A stretch of DNA of 64,000 nt from a virus (Duplodnaviria > Caudoviricetes). A model generated the notes under the pieces. It did no database searches and was not told the origin of the DNA. It worked only from the letters and a program-made list of their open reading frames with translations. The position numbers and the translations under genes are program-made. The stretch spans positions 128,001 to 192,000 of IMG/VR virus record IMGVR_UViG_3300030117_007612. One strand, 5' to 3'. Below are positions 28,622 to 39,900 of the stretch, in pieces (the stretch's first letter is position 1; each line of letters begins with the position of its first letter).

Positions 28622-28651
28622 AATATATAACCTTGAGGGAGGTATTCGTTT

Positions 28652-29581
28652 ATGAGAAACTATGGCTACGCATGTATTAATATGGGATTTTCAAATCGTC
28701 CCAAGTCCCAGCGCATCACAACCAATCGCACTATGATCAAGCGCACCTTTCAAGAAAAAGGTGTCGAATATGCTTCAGAGCTAGCTCTGCAGAATTTGCG
28801 CGATTTACGCAAGATCCTTGAATGGAATCTTGCTAACGATATTTACTTTTACCGATTGTCGTCAGACATCATTCCGTGGGCTAGCGAGTACAATTTACAG
28901 GACATGCCCAACTTTGGCGCTATCCATGCCGCGGCCCTATCCGCTGGTAATTTTGCGCGCCAACATAACATGCGCCTTACATCACACCCCGGCCCGTTCA
29001 ATAAATTAGCCTCGCCCAAGGAGCGAGTATTTCAGCTCACCAAGACTGATTTGACTGTGCATGGCGATTTGTTTGACCTTATCGGTTTGCCACGCACGCC
29101 GTATGCCAAGCTCAATATTCACGTCGGCGCAGCCTACGGTGACAAGCCTTTTGCTCTCGACAATTTTTGTCGCAATTTTGAGCGCCTACCGGAAAATGTT
29201 CGTACCCGCCTCACCGTCGAAAACGATGACAAGCCGTCACTTTACTCCACACAGGAATTATATGACGGCGTGTACAAGCGCATTGGCATACCTATCGTGT
29301 TCGACTATCATCATCACATGCTGCATCCCGGCGGCCAGTCTGAGCAAGAGGCGCTTGAGCTAGCCCTTTCTACGTGGGGCGACATCAAGCCCGTCGTGCA
29401 CTATGCTGAGTCCCGCTCCGTCGAGCACAACAATCCCAAGATCAAACCACAAGCACACTCAGACATGATTCGCAACCCTTTTGACGACTATGGCCACGAT
29501 CTCGATGTTATGATCGAGGCCAAGCACAAAGAACTTGCATTGCTAGAATATCGCAAGCTTTCATTAGAGAAGGCCGCATGA
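28652..29581 (+). CDS. uvsE: UV-damage endonuclease (UvsE/UVDE)
   Basis: GYACIN, YRLSS, RLTSHPGPF, NIHVG, RLTVENDDK, PIVFDYHHH, HYAES, HSD, DVMIEAKHKE. Confidence 0.95.
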   Translation: MRNYGYACINMGFSNRPKSQRITTNRTMIKRTFQEKGVEYASELALQNLRDLRKILEWNLANDIYFYRLSSDIIPWASEYNLQDMPNFGAIHAAALSAGNFARQHNMRLTSHPGPFNKLASPKERVFQLTKTDLTVHGDLFDLIGLPRTPYAKLNIHVGAAYGDKPFALDNFCRNFERLPENVRTRLTVENDDKPSLYSTQELYDGVYKRIGIPIVFDYHHHMLHPGGQSEQEALELALSTWGDIKPVVHYAESRSVEHNNPKIKPQAHSDMIRNPFDDYGHDLDVMIEAKHKELALLEYRKLSLEKAA

Positions 29582-29880
29582 ATAAGATCGATCACATTGC
29601 TCTGACAACGCCTGAGCCACAAAAGTCGGCCGAATGGTATTGTGACCAATTTGGCGCAAGCCTCCTGTATTCTGATGAGACATGGGCCGTGGTTCAATTT
29701 GAGAACATCAAGCTAGCGTTTGTAACCAAAACACAGCACCCTGCCCATATTGCATTTGAGGTTGAAGAATTCGACCTTAATGAAAAAACCAAGAAACATA
29801 GAGACGGCACCACTTCTGTTTACAAAAGTGATCCGTGGAAAAATATTTACGAACTGATCCAATACGGAAATGAAAAATGA
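29578..29880 (+). CDS. VOC/glyoxalase-family protein
   Basis: IDHIALTT..SAEWY..FG, HIAFEV, SVYKSDPWKNIYELI. Confidence 0.8.
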   Translation: MNKIDHIALTTPEPQKSAEWYCDQFGASLLYSDETWAVVQFENIKLAFVTKTQHPAHIAFEVEEFDLNEKTKKHRDGTTSVYKSDPWKNIYELIQYGNEK

Positions 29881-30848
29881 AAAGACTTTTAATTATCGAT
29901 GGCCTAAATGCTTACCTGAGAGCCTATATCGTTGATCCTAGTTTATCTACAAATGGGCAACCAATTGGAGGTGTTAAGGGTTTCTTAAAAATCATCCAAA
30001 AGCTTATCAGAGAAATTAAGCCAGACAGTGTTTTTATTGCATGGGATGGGCCTAACGGCTCTAAAAAACGCAAGACAATGGACAAGAACTACAAAGAGGG
30101 TCGGAAACCGATACGCCTTAATAGATCTGTGCGCAATCTTACTGAAGCGGAGGAGTTGGAAAATAAAATCTGGCAACAAACTCGACTATTTGAGTATTTG
30201 AATTGTCTGCCCATAATTCAGGTTTTGATACCAGAAACAGAAGCAGATGATGTTATCTCCTACGTCACACAGCTGCCAGATTATGCAGATTGGCAAAAAG
30301 TCATAGTATCAAATGATCGAGATTTCCTACAATTGTGCGATGATAAGACTGTTTTATATCGGCCTGTTAAAAAAGAAGTTTACAACAAAAACAAGATTAT
30401 TGAAGAGTATGGAATTCACCCTACAAACATGGCTCTGGCCCGGGCCATTGCTGGTGATGCTTCTGACAATCTGCCCGGCATTAAGGGTGTCGGTATGGGC
30501 GGTATAAAAAAACGGTTGCCTTTTTTGTCAGAAGAGAAGACTTTTACGTCGGATGATGTCATTGAATTTTGTGATAGTACGGAAAGTAAGTTAAAGTTTT
30601 ACCAGAACATTGCCGAAAATCAAGAGATCGTGGATCATAATTATAAAATGATGCAACTTTATTCTCCTCAATTGTCCTATCAGGGCAAAAATAAAATTAA
30701 GTATGCAGTTCGGGAATTCGAATGTGAATTCAATAAGATAGAATTTATGCGTATGATGATTGAGGATGGTTTTGGCGAGTGGGACTGGTCAGAATTGAAA
30801 CTTAAGATGAATTCCTTTGTCGTTGATAGGAACAAAATGACTAGTTAA
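29877..30848 (+). CDS. 5'-3' exonuclease / flap endonuclease (RNase H-like PolA N-domain)
   Basis: LLIIDGLN, WDG..YKEGR, EADDVI, IVSNDRDFLQL, GDASDNLPGIKGVG. Confidence 0.9.
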   Translation: MKRLLIIDGLNAYLRAYIVDPSLSTNGQPIGGVKGFLKIIQKLIREIKPDSVFIAWDGPNGSKKRKTMDKNYKEGRKPIRLNRSVRNLTEAEELENKIWQQTRLFEYLNCLPIIQVLIPETEADDVISYVTQLPDYADWQKVIVSNDRDFLQLCDDKTVLYRPVKKEVYNKNKIIEEYGIHPTNMALARAIAGDASDNLPGIKGVGMGGIKKRLPFLSEEKTFTSDDVIEFCDSTESKLKFYQNIAENQEIVDHNYKMMQLYSPQLSYQGKNKIKYAVREFECEFNKIEFMRMMIEDGFGEWDWSELKLKMNSFVVDRNKMTS

Positions 30849-30861
30849 TCGTGTTGCATTA

Positions 30862-30891
30862 TTGACAATCAAGCAATTAGTGTTATATAAT
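30862..30891 (+). promoter_or_regulatory. Sigma70-type promoter
   Basis: TTGACA-N18-TATAAT. Confidence 0.75.
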
Positions 30892-30911
30892 ATAATTCAA
30901 AGTGAGGGCAC

Positions 30912-32294
30912 ATGAAAGAGCAGGCTAGCTTCTCAAAATTTGGCACTTCTTTCCAAGAAGGGTTATGTCAACTTATATTCGAAGATCGACCGTTCGCAGA
31001 TCAAATCATGGAAGTTTTGGATATCAATTTCCTTGAATTGGAGTATCTTCGGGTATTCGTCAGCAAGTTGTTTACGTATCGTGCAAAGTACAATCTTCAT
31101 CCCGTCGCGGATACCATTGAAACAATCCTACAGACGGAATTGGAAAGTGAAAACGAGGTTACAAGACAACAGGCGATCGAGTACTTTGCTAAGATTCAAG
31201 AGAGCGGCTTACATGATTCGGAATACATCAAAGATACCGCTCTGGATTTTTGCCGAAAGCAAAAATTAAAGGAGGCAATGCTACGTTCCGTTAATTTGCT
31301 TAAAAAGTCGTCTTTTGATGAGATATCGAAAGTAATCAATGAAGCCCTAATTTTGGGTTCTGATACTAATTTTGGATATGATTATCTTGTCGATTTTGAG
31401 GAGAGATTCAAACCCAAGTTCAGAAACCCCGTTACAACTGGCTGGGACGAGATTGATTCCATCTGTGGGGGTGGCCTAGGGAAGAATGAATTGGGCGTAG
31501 TCATAGCCCCTACAGGCGCCGGCAAAAGCATGGTTCTTGTACACCTTGGCGCTCAAGCGGTGCTTCAAGGTAAGACTGTGATTCATTATACTTTAGAATT
31601 GCAAGATTCTGTAATCGCCAAAAGATACGATAGTTGCATAGTTGGGTACCCTCTTGGCGAATTGAGCAATTTTAAAGATGAGATTTTTGAAAACATCAAG
31701 GACATATCAGGACAGTTGATTATCAAAGAATACCCAACCAAGAGCGCCAGCACTAATACTATAAAATCACATCTATCGTCACTCATGAAGCGGGGCATTC
31801 AGCCCGGCATGATTATTGTTGATTACGGCGACTTGTTGCGGCCAGTTTCAATTCAAAAAGAAAAGAGAAACGAACTGGAAACAATTTACGAAGAACTACG
31901 TTGTATTGCTGGTGAATTTCAATGCCCTGTTTGGACCGCCTCTCAAACAAATCGCTCAGGCCTGAATGCCGAGGTAATAACAATGGAGTCAATTTCAGAA
32001 GCGTTTAATAAATGCTTTGTTGCCGATTTTATTTTCTCTGTATCGAGAACTATTGACGATAAAAGAGCAAATACTGGAAGAATTTTTATTGCTAAAAATA
32101 GGAATGGGCCTGACGGTGTCACATATCCAATATTTATGGACACAAGTGTTGTAAAAATTAAAGTCCTTTCAGAGAACAATAATGTAATTACATCTACGAA
32201 CAATCAAACTGAAATAACTGCTGCTCCGCCATTGAGTGCGAAAGAGCAATCAGAATTATTAAAGAAGAAATACGCAAACTTTAGGAGGAAATAG
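30912..32294 (+). CDS. dnaB: Replicative DNA helicase (DnaB/gp41-like)
   Basis: TTGWDEID, Walker A IAPTGAGKS, YTLEL, IIVDYGDL, VWTASQTNR, KNRNG. Confidence 0.9.
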   Translation: MKEQASFSKFGTSFQEGLCQLIFEDRPFADQIMEVLDINFLELEYLRVFVSKLFTYRAKYNLHPVADTIETILQTELESENEVTRQQAIEYFAKIQESGLHDSEYIKDTALDFCRKQKLKEAMLRSVNLLKKSSFDEISKVINEALILGSDTNFGYDYLVDFEERFKPKFRNPVTTGWDEIDSICGGGLGKNELGVVIAPTGAGKSMVLVHLGAQAVLQGKTVIHYTLELQDSVIAKRYDSCIVGYPLGELSNFKDEIFENIKDISGQLIIKEYPTKSASTNTIKSHLSSLMKRGIQPGMIIVDYGDLLRPVSIQKEKRNELETIYEELRCIAGEFQCPVWTASQTNRSGLNAEVITMESISEAFNKCFVADFIFSVSRTIDDKRANTGRIFIAKNRNGPDGVTYPIFMDTSVVKIKVLSENNNVITSTNNQTEITAAPPLSAKEQSELLKKKYANFRRK

Positions 32295-32295
32295 T

Positions 32296-34278
32296 ATGAA
32301 TCTTGGTACCATAGAATCGGCGACTATTCGCCGCTTTCGTTTATCAGAAAGCTTTATTGAACAGTATAAGGAGAAAGAAGTCCCATGGGGACCCTTGGGG
32401 TATGTTACGTTTAAAAGGACGTATTCTCGCCGCTTGAGTGAATTTGATCCTGATACTTCTGGAACGGAAGAGTGGTACCAAACATGCCGACGCGTTATCG
32501 AGGGGATGTTCACTGTACAAAAGCAGCACGTGCGAACTTTAGGTCTTGAGTGGAACGATGCGAAAGCACAAAAAACCGCCAAAGATGCATATGACAGGCT
32601 TTTTACTTTGAAGTGGACCCCTCCCGGCCGCGGCCTGTGGATGATGGGCACCAAATTTATTGAGGAAAGAACCGGCGCCGCATTGTTTAACTGTGCTTTT
32701 AGATCGACGAAGGATATAGCTACAAAGGGCGGGTACCTTTTTGCATGGATTATGGATGCCTTGATGGTGGGGATAGGTGTAGGCTTCGACACCAAGGGCG
32801 CTGACTCAGCAATTATCAAAGAGCCAGAATGGACAAGCGAACTGCACACAATCCCAGACAGCCGAGAAGGCTGGGTAGAGTCGGTCAGAATGCTGTTGGA
32901 TGGCTTTTACTTTGGTGCTAAAGTGCCACAATTTGATTATTCTGCCATTAGGCCGTTCGGCGCGCCAATCCGCGGCTTTGGTGGAACCTCAAGCGGTCAT
33001 GGCCCCCTGAAAGAACTCCATGAGTCACTAACAGAACTATACAACTCTAGAGTTGGCCAGCCTATCACTTCAACAGATCTGGTTGACACGCAAAACCTTA
33101 TTGGCCGTTGCGTTGTGTCTGGCAATGTGCGCCGATCGGCCGCACTGGCCATTGGCAGTCATGATGACATGCAATATCTCATGATGAAGAACGATCAGGA
33201 GAAACTATATCACCATCGATGGAACTCAAACAACTCCTTCCACGCAAAAGTGGGGATGGACTATACTTGGCATGCAGAGCAAAGTCAAATCAATGGTGAG
33301 CCGGGCTATATTTGGCTAGACAACGCCAGAACTCGCGGAAGATTTAAGGACGGCACAAAATACGATGATATTAACGTGGTTGGCTTCAATCCATGTGTTG
33401 AGCAACAATTAGAAGATGCTGAATTGTGTTGTTTGGTTGAGACTTATCCTGCAAAACATGAGGATTATGATGATTACCTTAAGACGCTCAAGATCGCCTA
33501 TCTTTATGGCAAAACTGTAACGCTAATCAACACTCACTGGCCAGAGACAAATGCGATCATGTTGAAAAACCGAAGAATCGGATTGTCTCAGTCGGGTGTT
33601 GTTCAGGCATTTAATAAGTTCGGCCGCCGTGAAATTTTAAATTGGTGCGATAACGCCTATGATCACATTCGCGACTTGGATAAAGAATATTCTAACTGGC
33701 TGTGTGTTCCAAGATCGATCAGGATGACTAGCATTAAACCTTCGGGCACTGTTTCCCTGTTGAATGGGTCGACCCCGGGGATTCACTTTCCTGAAAATGA
33801 ATATTATATTAGACGAATTAGATTTGGAAAAGATTCAGATTTACTTGACAATTTGAAAGAAGCCGGCTATACTATTGAAAATGATGAGTATTCTCCGAAT
33901 ACCGTCTGCGTGGAGTTTCCAGTGCATGAGCCATACTACGTAAAAGGTAAAAGGGATGTTTCCTTGTGGGAGCAGCTTGAAATTGCAGCACAATACCAAC
34001 ACTATTGGGCCGACAACTCCGTTTCAATTACTGTGACATTTAAGCCTGAAGAGGCACATAATATAAAAGAGGCACTTGAAATGTATGAGACAAGACTAAA
34101 GGCTGTATCGTTCTTGAAATATGAAGAAACGGGATACAAACAGGCGCCATATGAGCCAATTAGCAAGGAACTTTATGATAAGATGGTGAGTAGAATTAAG
34201 CCAATTAGTAGAGTTGATACCGATCAAGGCGGCGTTGGTTCCAAATTTTGCACAAATGATTCGTGCACGATAATGTGA
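32296..34278 (+). CDS. nrdJ: Class II (B12-dependent) monomeric ribonucleotide reductase
   Basis: TFKRTYSR, WTPPGRGLW, ALFNCAF, GNVRRSA, GFNPCVEQ..ELCCLVE, TSIKPSGTVSL, C-terminal FCTNDSC. Confidence 0.95.
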   Translation: MNLGTIESATIRRFRLSESFIEQYKEKEVPWGPLGYVTFKRTYSRRLSEFDPDTSGTEEWYQTCRRVIEGMFTVQKQHVRTLGLEWNDAKAQKTAKDAYDRLFTLKWTPPGRGLWMMGTKFIEERTGAALFNCAFRSTKDIATKGGYLFAWIMDALMVGIGVGFDTKGADSAIIKEPEWTSELHTIPDSREGWVESVRMLLDGFYFGAKVPQFDYSAIRPFGAPIRGFGGTSSGHGPLKELHESLTELYNSRVGQPITSTDLVDTQNLIGRCVVSGNVRRSAALAIGSHDDMQYLMMKNDQEKLYHHRWNSNNSFHAKVGMDYTWHAEQSQINGEPGYIWLDNARTRGRFKDGTKYDDINVVGFNPCVEQQLEDAELCCLVETYPAKHEDYDDYLKTLKIAYLYGKTVTLINTHWPETNAIMLKNRRIGLSQSGVVQAFNKFGRREILNWCDNAYDHIRDLDKEYSNWLCVPRSIRMTSIKPSGTVSLLNGSTPGIHFPENEYYIRRIRFGKDSDLLDNLKEAGYTIENDEYSPNTVCVEFPVHEPYYVKGKRDVSLWEQLEIAAQYQHYWADNSVSITVTFKPEEAHNIKEALEMYETRLKAVSFLKYEETGYKQAPYEPISKELYDKMVSRIKPISRVDTDQGGVGSKFCTNDSCTIM

Positions 34279-34286
34279 GGTGTTAG

Positions 34287-34520
34287 TTGGGAAATTTTAA
34301 TCATTTGATGGACGCGAGGTTTTTAAAGAGAAGGTGCAAGGCAAATGGAAACGAGTGTTACTGGATTCCTGCAGGAAACGTAAGGTCAACTCAAGGCAAC
34401 AATGTACACATGACCATGTACTGCAGGCATTGTAATACCAGAGAAGATATCTTTTTGACTCAAAAAGAATATAAGATACACGAAAACACAATTTTAAAAG
34501 AGGTAAAAAATGAAATTTAA
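34287..34520 (+). CDS. Small Cys-rich (Zn-finger-like) protein
   Basis: TTG start with SD GAGGTG; C..C and CRHC motifs. Confidence 0.6.
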   Translation: MGNFNHLMDARFLKRRCKANGNECYWIPAGNVRSTQGNNVHMTMYCRHCNTREDIFLTQKEYKIHENTILKEVKNEI

Positions 34521-34800
34521 TCCTGTAAACAGACATGTTTGGGTAGAGGTGCAACAGGAAGCAGCTAGTCCCGAACAAAGCGATATTTTACTCCCGGAGG
34601 AATACACGCAAAAAAAGACCCCCTTTACAACTTGTAGGGTTTTAAAATCTGCCCTAGACTGTAATTTGATGTTGTTGGAGGGCGATCTTGTGATTGTTGA
34701 TACTAACATGGTCCAAGAACTGAAAAATGGCTCCGACGTTTTTACAGTTGTTTTGGAAAACTATGTCTATGGTGTGCTGCAAGATGTGGCCCAATCATGA
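34510..34800 (+). CDS. GroES-like co-chaperonin
   Basis: MKFNPVNRHVWVE, mobile-loop-like SDILLP, EGDLVI, VLENYVYGVL; 96 aa. Confidence 0.65.
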   Translation: MKFNPVNRHVWVEVQQEAASPEQSDILLPEEYTQKKTPFTTCRVLKSALDCNLMLLEGDLVIVDTNMVQELKNGSDVFTVVLENYVYGVLQDVAQS

Positions 34801-35018
34801 AATTAAGTTTTACAAAGTTGATAATTGAATATGACTCCGAGGCCCACGGAAGAAGGATACTGGACCTGCTTGATTCTATTAACATTGTAAAATTTCAGGC
34901 AAGCATCGAGGCCCCCTCGACTAAGGGTTATTTTTGTATAGGTGGAACCGATCCTTCCACCTTAACAGATGCCATCTCTTCGATTATCGACCACAAGAAA
35001 GAAATTGAGGGTGAATAG
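34797..35018 (+). CDS. Hypothetical protein
   Basis: ATGA overlap with upstream gene. Confidence 0.6.
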   Translation: MKLSFTKLIIEYDSEAHGRRILDLLDSINIVKFQASIEAPSTKGYFCIGGTDPSTLTDAISSIIDHKKEIEGE

Positions 35019-35895
35019 TACCCTACATAATTTATTCTACGATGAAATAGTGATCGGAGCCTCTCTGGGTGCACTGATGTATTCTTTCACCACAGGCGCC
35101 CCAGTGTTTTCTGTGGGCAACAATAAGCCACACAAATTTGATTATTTTAAAGATAAACAAGATATAGATTTTTTACTGGATCCGCCAAGAACCCTTAACA
35201 CCCCGTCGGGGCCTCTCTCGCTAGGTCAGCAAAAATTGGCCCTGTGGGAGAAGCTGTATTTTATATTGAATCTTTGTGGGCTTATGCCGACGGCTCACAT
35301 TGCAGATTCGCTAAGATTCACGGAAAACGAACTGAAGATATTTAACGAATACTCAAAAATCACAACAGTCAATTTTAACAAAGCAGTTGTGTTTGACGGT
35401 CAAAAAACTAATCTAAAAATTAAGAAAGAGCCAAATCGTTTTTTGATACTTGATTGGATATCTATACACTCAGGCGGCCGCCATGATGTTGATTTGATTG
35501 AGACGGAAGATCAATTTGTTTCAAAACTTTGGTTTTATGATTCAGCAAGGGTGCCGTCAAAAATTAAAGATATGTGCGCCATTTCATTTATTGACGAAAG
35601 CGACCTTGATGCTTTTGAATGCTCAGATACATATGCAAGATTTAAGGCGGAAGATGTAATGAAAAAACATGGAATGCGCGGTGCCTCAAATGGAGTCGAT
35701 AAGAAAACAGGCAAAAATAAATATTATGCGATTAAGACATCATGCTTAAGACGCGATAGGTTCCCACTTAATTCGCCGGACATTGTGGAAAGTGCATCAA
35801 TAGTAAATAATAAAAAATCTGAATCTGATCTACTCATAGGCATGGCGCCAGCAAATGATAAAATTGCAAATACTGTGAGAAAATTATGCATTTAG
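35011..35895 (+). CDS. Rossmann/FAD-oxidoreductase-like protein with degenerate motif
   Basis: YDEIVIGASLGALM resembles YDVIVIGGGxAG; start set at GTG 35011 after SD GAGG. Confidence 0.45.
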   Translation: MNSTLHNLFYDEIVIGASLGALMYSFTTGAPVFSVGNNKPHKFDYFKDKQDIDFLLDPPRTLNTPSGPLSLGQQKLALWEKLYFILNLCGLMPTAHIADSLRFTENELKIFNEYSKITTVNFNKAVVFDGQKTNLKIKKEPNRFLILDWISIHSGGRHDVDLIETEDQFVSKLWFYDSARVPSKIKDMCAISFIDESDLDAFECSDTYARFKAEDVMKKHGMRGASNGVDKKTGKNKYYAIKTSCLRRDRFPLNSPDIVESASIVNNKKSESDLLIGMAPANDKIANTVRKLCI

Positions 35896-36761
35896 CGGGT
35901 ATTGTGCCAGTCGCCGGCGCAAAATTTAACTTTGGCTTCGATTGGCACGATTGCTTGATGCCCCTCGATCAAAACTACACAGCGATTGAGAGGGCAGTTT
36001 ACGAGTGCGCCATGGCCGGATGTCAGACAATTTGGGTGGTTGCAAATAATGATATGCAACCGCTTATTAAAAGCAGGGTGGGCGAATGGATTCAAGATCC
36101 GGTTTGGTATGGCCGCACACATGATCGATATCCGACCGAATCTAGAAAAGAGATTCCAATCTACTACGTGCCGGTCCACCCAAAAGATCGTGATCGTCGC
36201 GACAGCCTAGGCTGGAGCATACTTTATGGGGCATATGTGTCATACACCACCTCTAATTCTATTAGTAACTGGCTAACTCCCCATAAGTATTATTGCGCTT
36301 TTCCTTACGGAGTTTATGAGCCAAATGAAATAAGGTCATACCGTGCGCAAATAATAGATCCAGAAACAAACGTGATTATAAATTATAACGGAAAGACGGT
36401 AAAAGATAACGAATATCTTGGATTTACGTTTAATGGCGAGGACTTTAAAAGATGCAGGAGCCACGTCAACGACAGCACCACTAGAAGCTATCACCCGCCA
36501 GCGCCCGGCGATAAGTATCCGACCCAGCGCCTCTCTGCGGAAGAAAGGTGGTCTGCTAGAAATTTTGATCTCAAAACCGTCTTTAATGAGCTAACATTGG
36601 AAAAAAAAGAAATTATTTCTCTCCCGTGGTACTTCCCTATCGATTCTTGGAGTAATTATAGAGAGTACATCGCTAGTGAATGCAGTATTGCTCTCCCTAG
36701 CGAATCTTTTAGGAAGACAACAAAGAGAAATAAATTACATGAAAAAGTTTCAGAAAGGTGA
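35886..36761 (+). CDS. Sugar-nucleotidyltransferase-fold protein (degenerate)
   Basis: LAGIVPVAG..LMP..IERAVYECAMAGCQTIWVVAN matches the NTP_transferase N-terminus but lacks GxGTR. Confidence 0.55.
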   Translation: MHLAGIVPVAGAKFNFGFDWHDCLMPLDQNYTAIERAVYECAMAGCQTIWVVANNDMQPLIKSRVGEWIQDPVWYGRTHDRYPTESRKEIPIYYVPVHPKDRDRRDSLGWSILYGAYVSYTTSNSISNWLTPHKYYCAFPYGVYEPNEIRSYRAQIIDPETNVIINYNGKTVKDNEYLGFTFNGEDFKRCRSHVNDSTTRSYHPPAPGDKYPTQRLSAEERWSARNFDLKTVFNELTLEKKEIISLPWYFPIDSWSNYREYIASECSIALPSESFRKTTKRNKLHEKVSER

Positions 36762-36990
36762 TCTTGTCAGGTTCCCGGCCCCGATGGGCCTTCCTGACGT
36801 ATTTCCAATCAATGAAACAAAAGTAGGTATACTCATAAAAAAGGTTGACAAGTTGCCCGAAAAAGGATATTATCTATATGATAGATGGGTTGTTCTCTGC
36901 GGGGATGAAGAACACATCGTAACGGAATCACTCCTCGAAAATTTAAACCCAGTTAATAAAAAAAAGAAACAGGAAAAAGATGAAGAATAG
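36739..36990 (+). CDS. Small SH3/KOW-like protein (KGDLV family)
   Basis: MKKFQKGDLVRF..VGILI..WVVL. Confidence 0.55.
   Translation: MKKFQKGDLVRFPAPMGLPDVFPINETKVGILIKKVDKLPEKGYYLYDRWVVLCGDEEHIVTESLLENLNPVNKKKKQEKDEE
36845..36873 (+). promoter_or_regulatory. Sigma70-type promoter internal to CDS, upstream of dnaE
   Basis: TTGACA-N17-TATTAT. Confidence 0.65.
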
Positions 36991-39900
36991 AACCAATTCA
37001 GAAATAAAGTTTGTAGGACTACACGCCCACAGTGTTGCCGGCTCGCTTTTTGATGCTATCGGATATCCGCAGGCCCATATGGATTTTGCATACGATAATG
37101 GCTGTGATGCCTTGGCTCTCACTGACCATGGTAACATGAATGGTTTGGCATATCAAGTGTTGCATGCCAAGAAGATGCAAGAGGCCGGCAAGAAATTTAA
37201 GCCTATTTTTGGATGCGAAGCGTACTTTACGCCGTCGATATCTGAGTGGCGTGAAGCGTATGAACAAGCCATGGAAGACAAGAAGGCAGCTCGCTCAATA
37301 AAGAAAGACGAACAATCCGGCGCAACCGTCGAAGATGAGGGCAACAGCAAAAAAACACAAGACATTTTGCGCCGCCGTCGCCACCTTGTTCTGTTGGCGC
37401 AGAACCAGACTGGATTAAACAACCTATTTAAATTAGTATCGGAATCTTACAAGGCTGAGAATTTTTATCGATATCCCCGTATTGATTATGCGCTTCTTAA
37501 AAAATACAATGAAGGTATCATTGCTTCCTCTGCTTGTCTTGGCGGGGTGTACGCTGGAAACTATTGGGAAAATAGAGAAGAGGGCCCTGAAGCAGTGCTC
37601 GACGCTATGCGTGAGTCCACTCGACGTATGGTCGACATTTTCGGTGATAGGTGGTATGCCGAGATACAATGGAACAACATCAACGAGCAGCATGAACTTA
37701 ATCAATTTGTAATTCAAGTTGCTCAAGAGTTTGGCGTTGGACTGATCACAACAGCCGACAGCCATTACCCCAACCCTGACGCTTGGAAGGACAGAGAGCT
37801 TTACAAGCGTCTTGGTTGGCTTGGTAAAGGCCGGCCCTCATGGGCCGATGAGGAATCTGAACTTCCGGATGGAGTTGAAGAAATTGGATATGAGCTTTAT
37901 CCAAAGAATGGCGATCAAATATGGCAAAGTTATAAAGATTACTCAAAGTCAACCGGGTTTGAGTATGATGACGATGTTGTGTTGAGCAGCATCCAAGAGA
38001 CGCATCGAATTGCGTTCGATAGAATCGAAGACTTCCTGCCAGACAACACGGTACGATTGCCTGAATTTGTTGTGCCGGCAGGATTTACAGCTACACAGGC
38101 GCTTGTAAACTTTGCACTTGAGGGCTTGAAAGAGAGGGGTCTACATAAAAACAAGAAATACACTGACCGCCTTAAGATGGAATTGAACACGATTGATGAG
38201 CGTGGCTTTTCAAAATACTTTTTAACAATGAAATCTATCGCCGATGTGGCTGCCAGCATGATGCTAGCCGGCCCGGGCCGCGGCTCAGCCGCAGGTTCTC
38301 TTGTTGCCTATGCGCTGGGCATCACCCAAATTGATCCAATCAAGCATGGCCTTCTATTCTCAAGATTTTTACGCTCTGATGCGACCGATTATCCTGATAT
38401 TGACTATGATGTATCCGACAGCATGGCACTCAAAGAGAGGCTGGTTGAAATGTGGGGCGAAGACTGTGTAGCTCCAATTTCCAATTGGAACACATTGCAG
38501 CTCAAAAGTTTAATTAAGGATATCTCAAAATTATATGGAATTCCGTTTACGGAGGTCAACACCGTCACCTCTGTTATGATCCGTGAAGCCACGCCCGAGG
38601 CCAAGAGAAAGCATGGTGTTCGTGCTGGTGTCTATAACCCAACTTGGGAAGAGGTCATGGAGTTTTCCCCATCACTGCAGGCATACTTACAGAAGTATCC
38701 TGCCGTTAAATCTCACGTTGAGGGATTGGTTGGTCAGGTCCGCTCTTGTTCTAGACATGCCGGCGGTGTTGTTATCGCTGAAGATCTGGACCAAAGCATG
38801 CCGCTCATTAACTCAGGCGGTGTGCGACAGGCGCCATGGTCAGAGGGCCAGAACGTCCGACACCTTGAGCCAATGGGTTTTATTAAATTTGATTTGCTTG
38901 GGTTGTCGACCCTTAAGATGATGGAGGGCTGCATTGAACACATCCTTCGTCGTCATCACAATATCGAAAATCCCACGTTTGAAGACGTTAGCAATTACTA
39001 TGCAGAGAATCTCCACCCGGATGTGTTGAATTTTGATAATCAAGAGGTATATGAAAACATCTTTCATGCCGGCAAGTGGGCTGGTATCTTCCAGTTTACC
39101 GAGCAGGGCGCCCAGAAATTTTGCACCAGAGTTAAGCCACGCAATATTATCGACTTGTCTGCCATCACCTCTATCTATCGCCCCGGCCCATTAGCTGCCG
39201 GTGTGCATGATGAATATTTGGAAGCAAAAGAAAACCCACAATACATTAAGTATCTGACCGACGAGGCAAGAGACATCACGCAGGAGACGTTCGGATTCCT
39301 AATCTTTCAGGAGCAAATTGCGCTATTGGCAAACAAGCTTGGTGGCCTAAGTTTGGATGAAGGCAACATGCTGAGAAAGGTGTTGACCAAGAAGGGAACA
39401 GGTAAGGGAGGAGTAAAAGATCAGCTTAGGATCAAGTTCACTAGCGGCTGCGCAAAGAAAGATATCAGGCTAGACGACGCAACTTCATTGTGGAATAAAT
39501 TTGAATATTTCTCTGGCTACGGCTTTAACAAGTCGCATGCGGTTTCATACAGTGTAATATCGTTTCAATGCGCATGGTTGTGGAATTACTATCCTGCCGA
39601 ATGGATGGCAGCATTCTTGGACAAGGAGCCCGAGGTTCGAAAAGAAAAGGCAATAAATATTGCCCAGAAGTATGGTTTTGATATTGCGCCCTTGGATATT
39701 AACAAGTCCGGTACCGTATGGGAAATCAGCGATGATGGCAAGACTCTGATCCAACCATTAACATCCATTAAGGGTTTGGGCTTGTCCGCTATTGAGCAAA
39801 TTCTTAATTGTCGCCCTTTTAATGATGCAGAGTCTCTGCTGTTTAACGACGAGGTTGTCTATAGCAAACTAAATAAGAAATCTCTTGATGCTCTGTGTCG

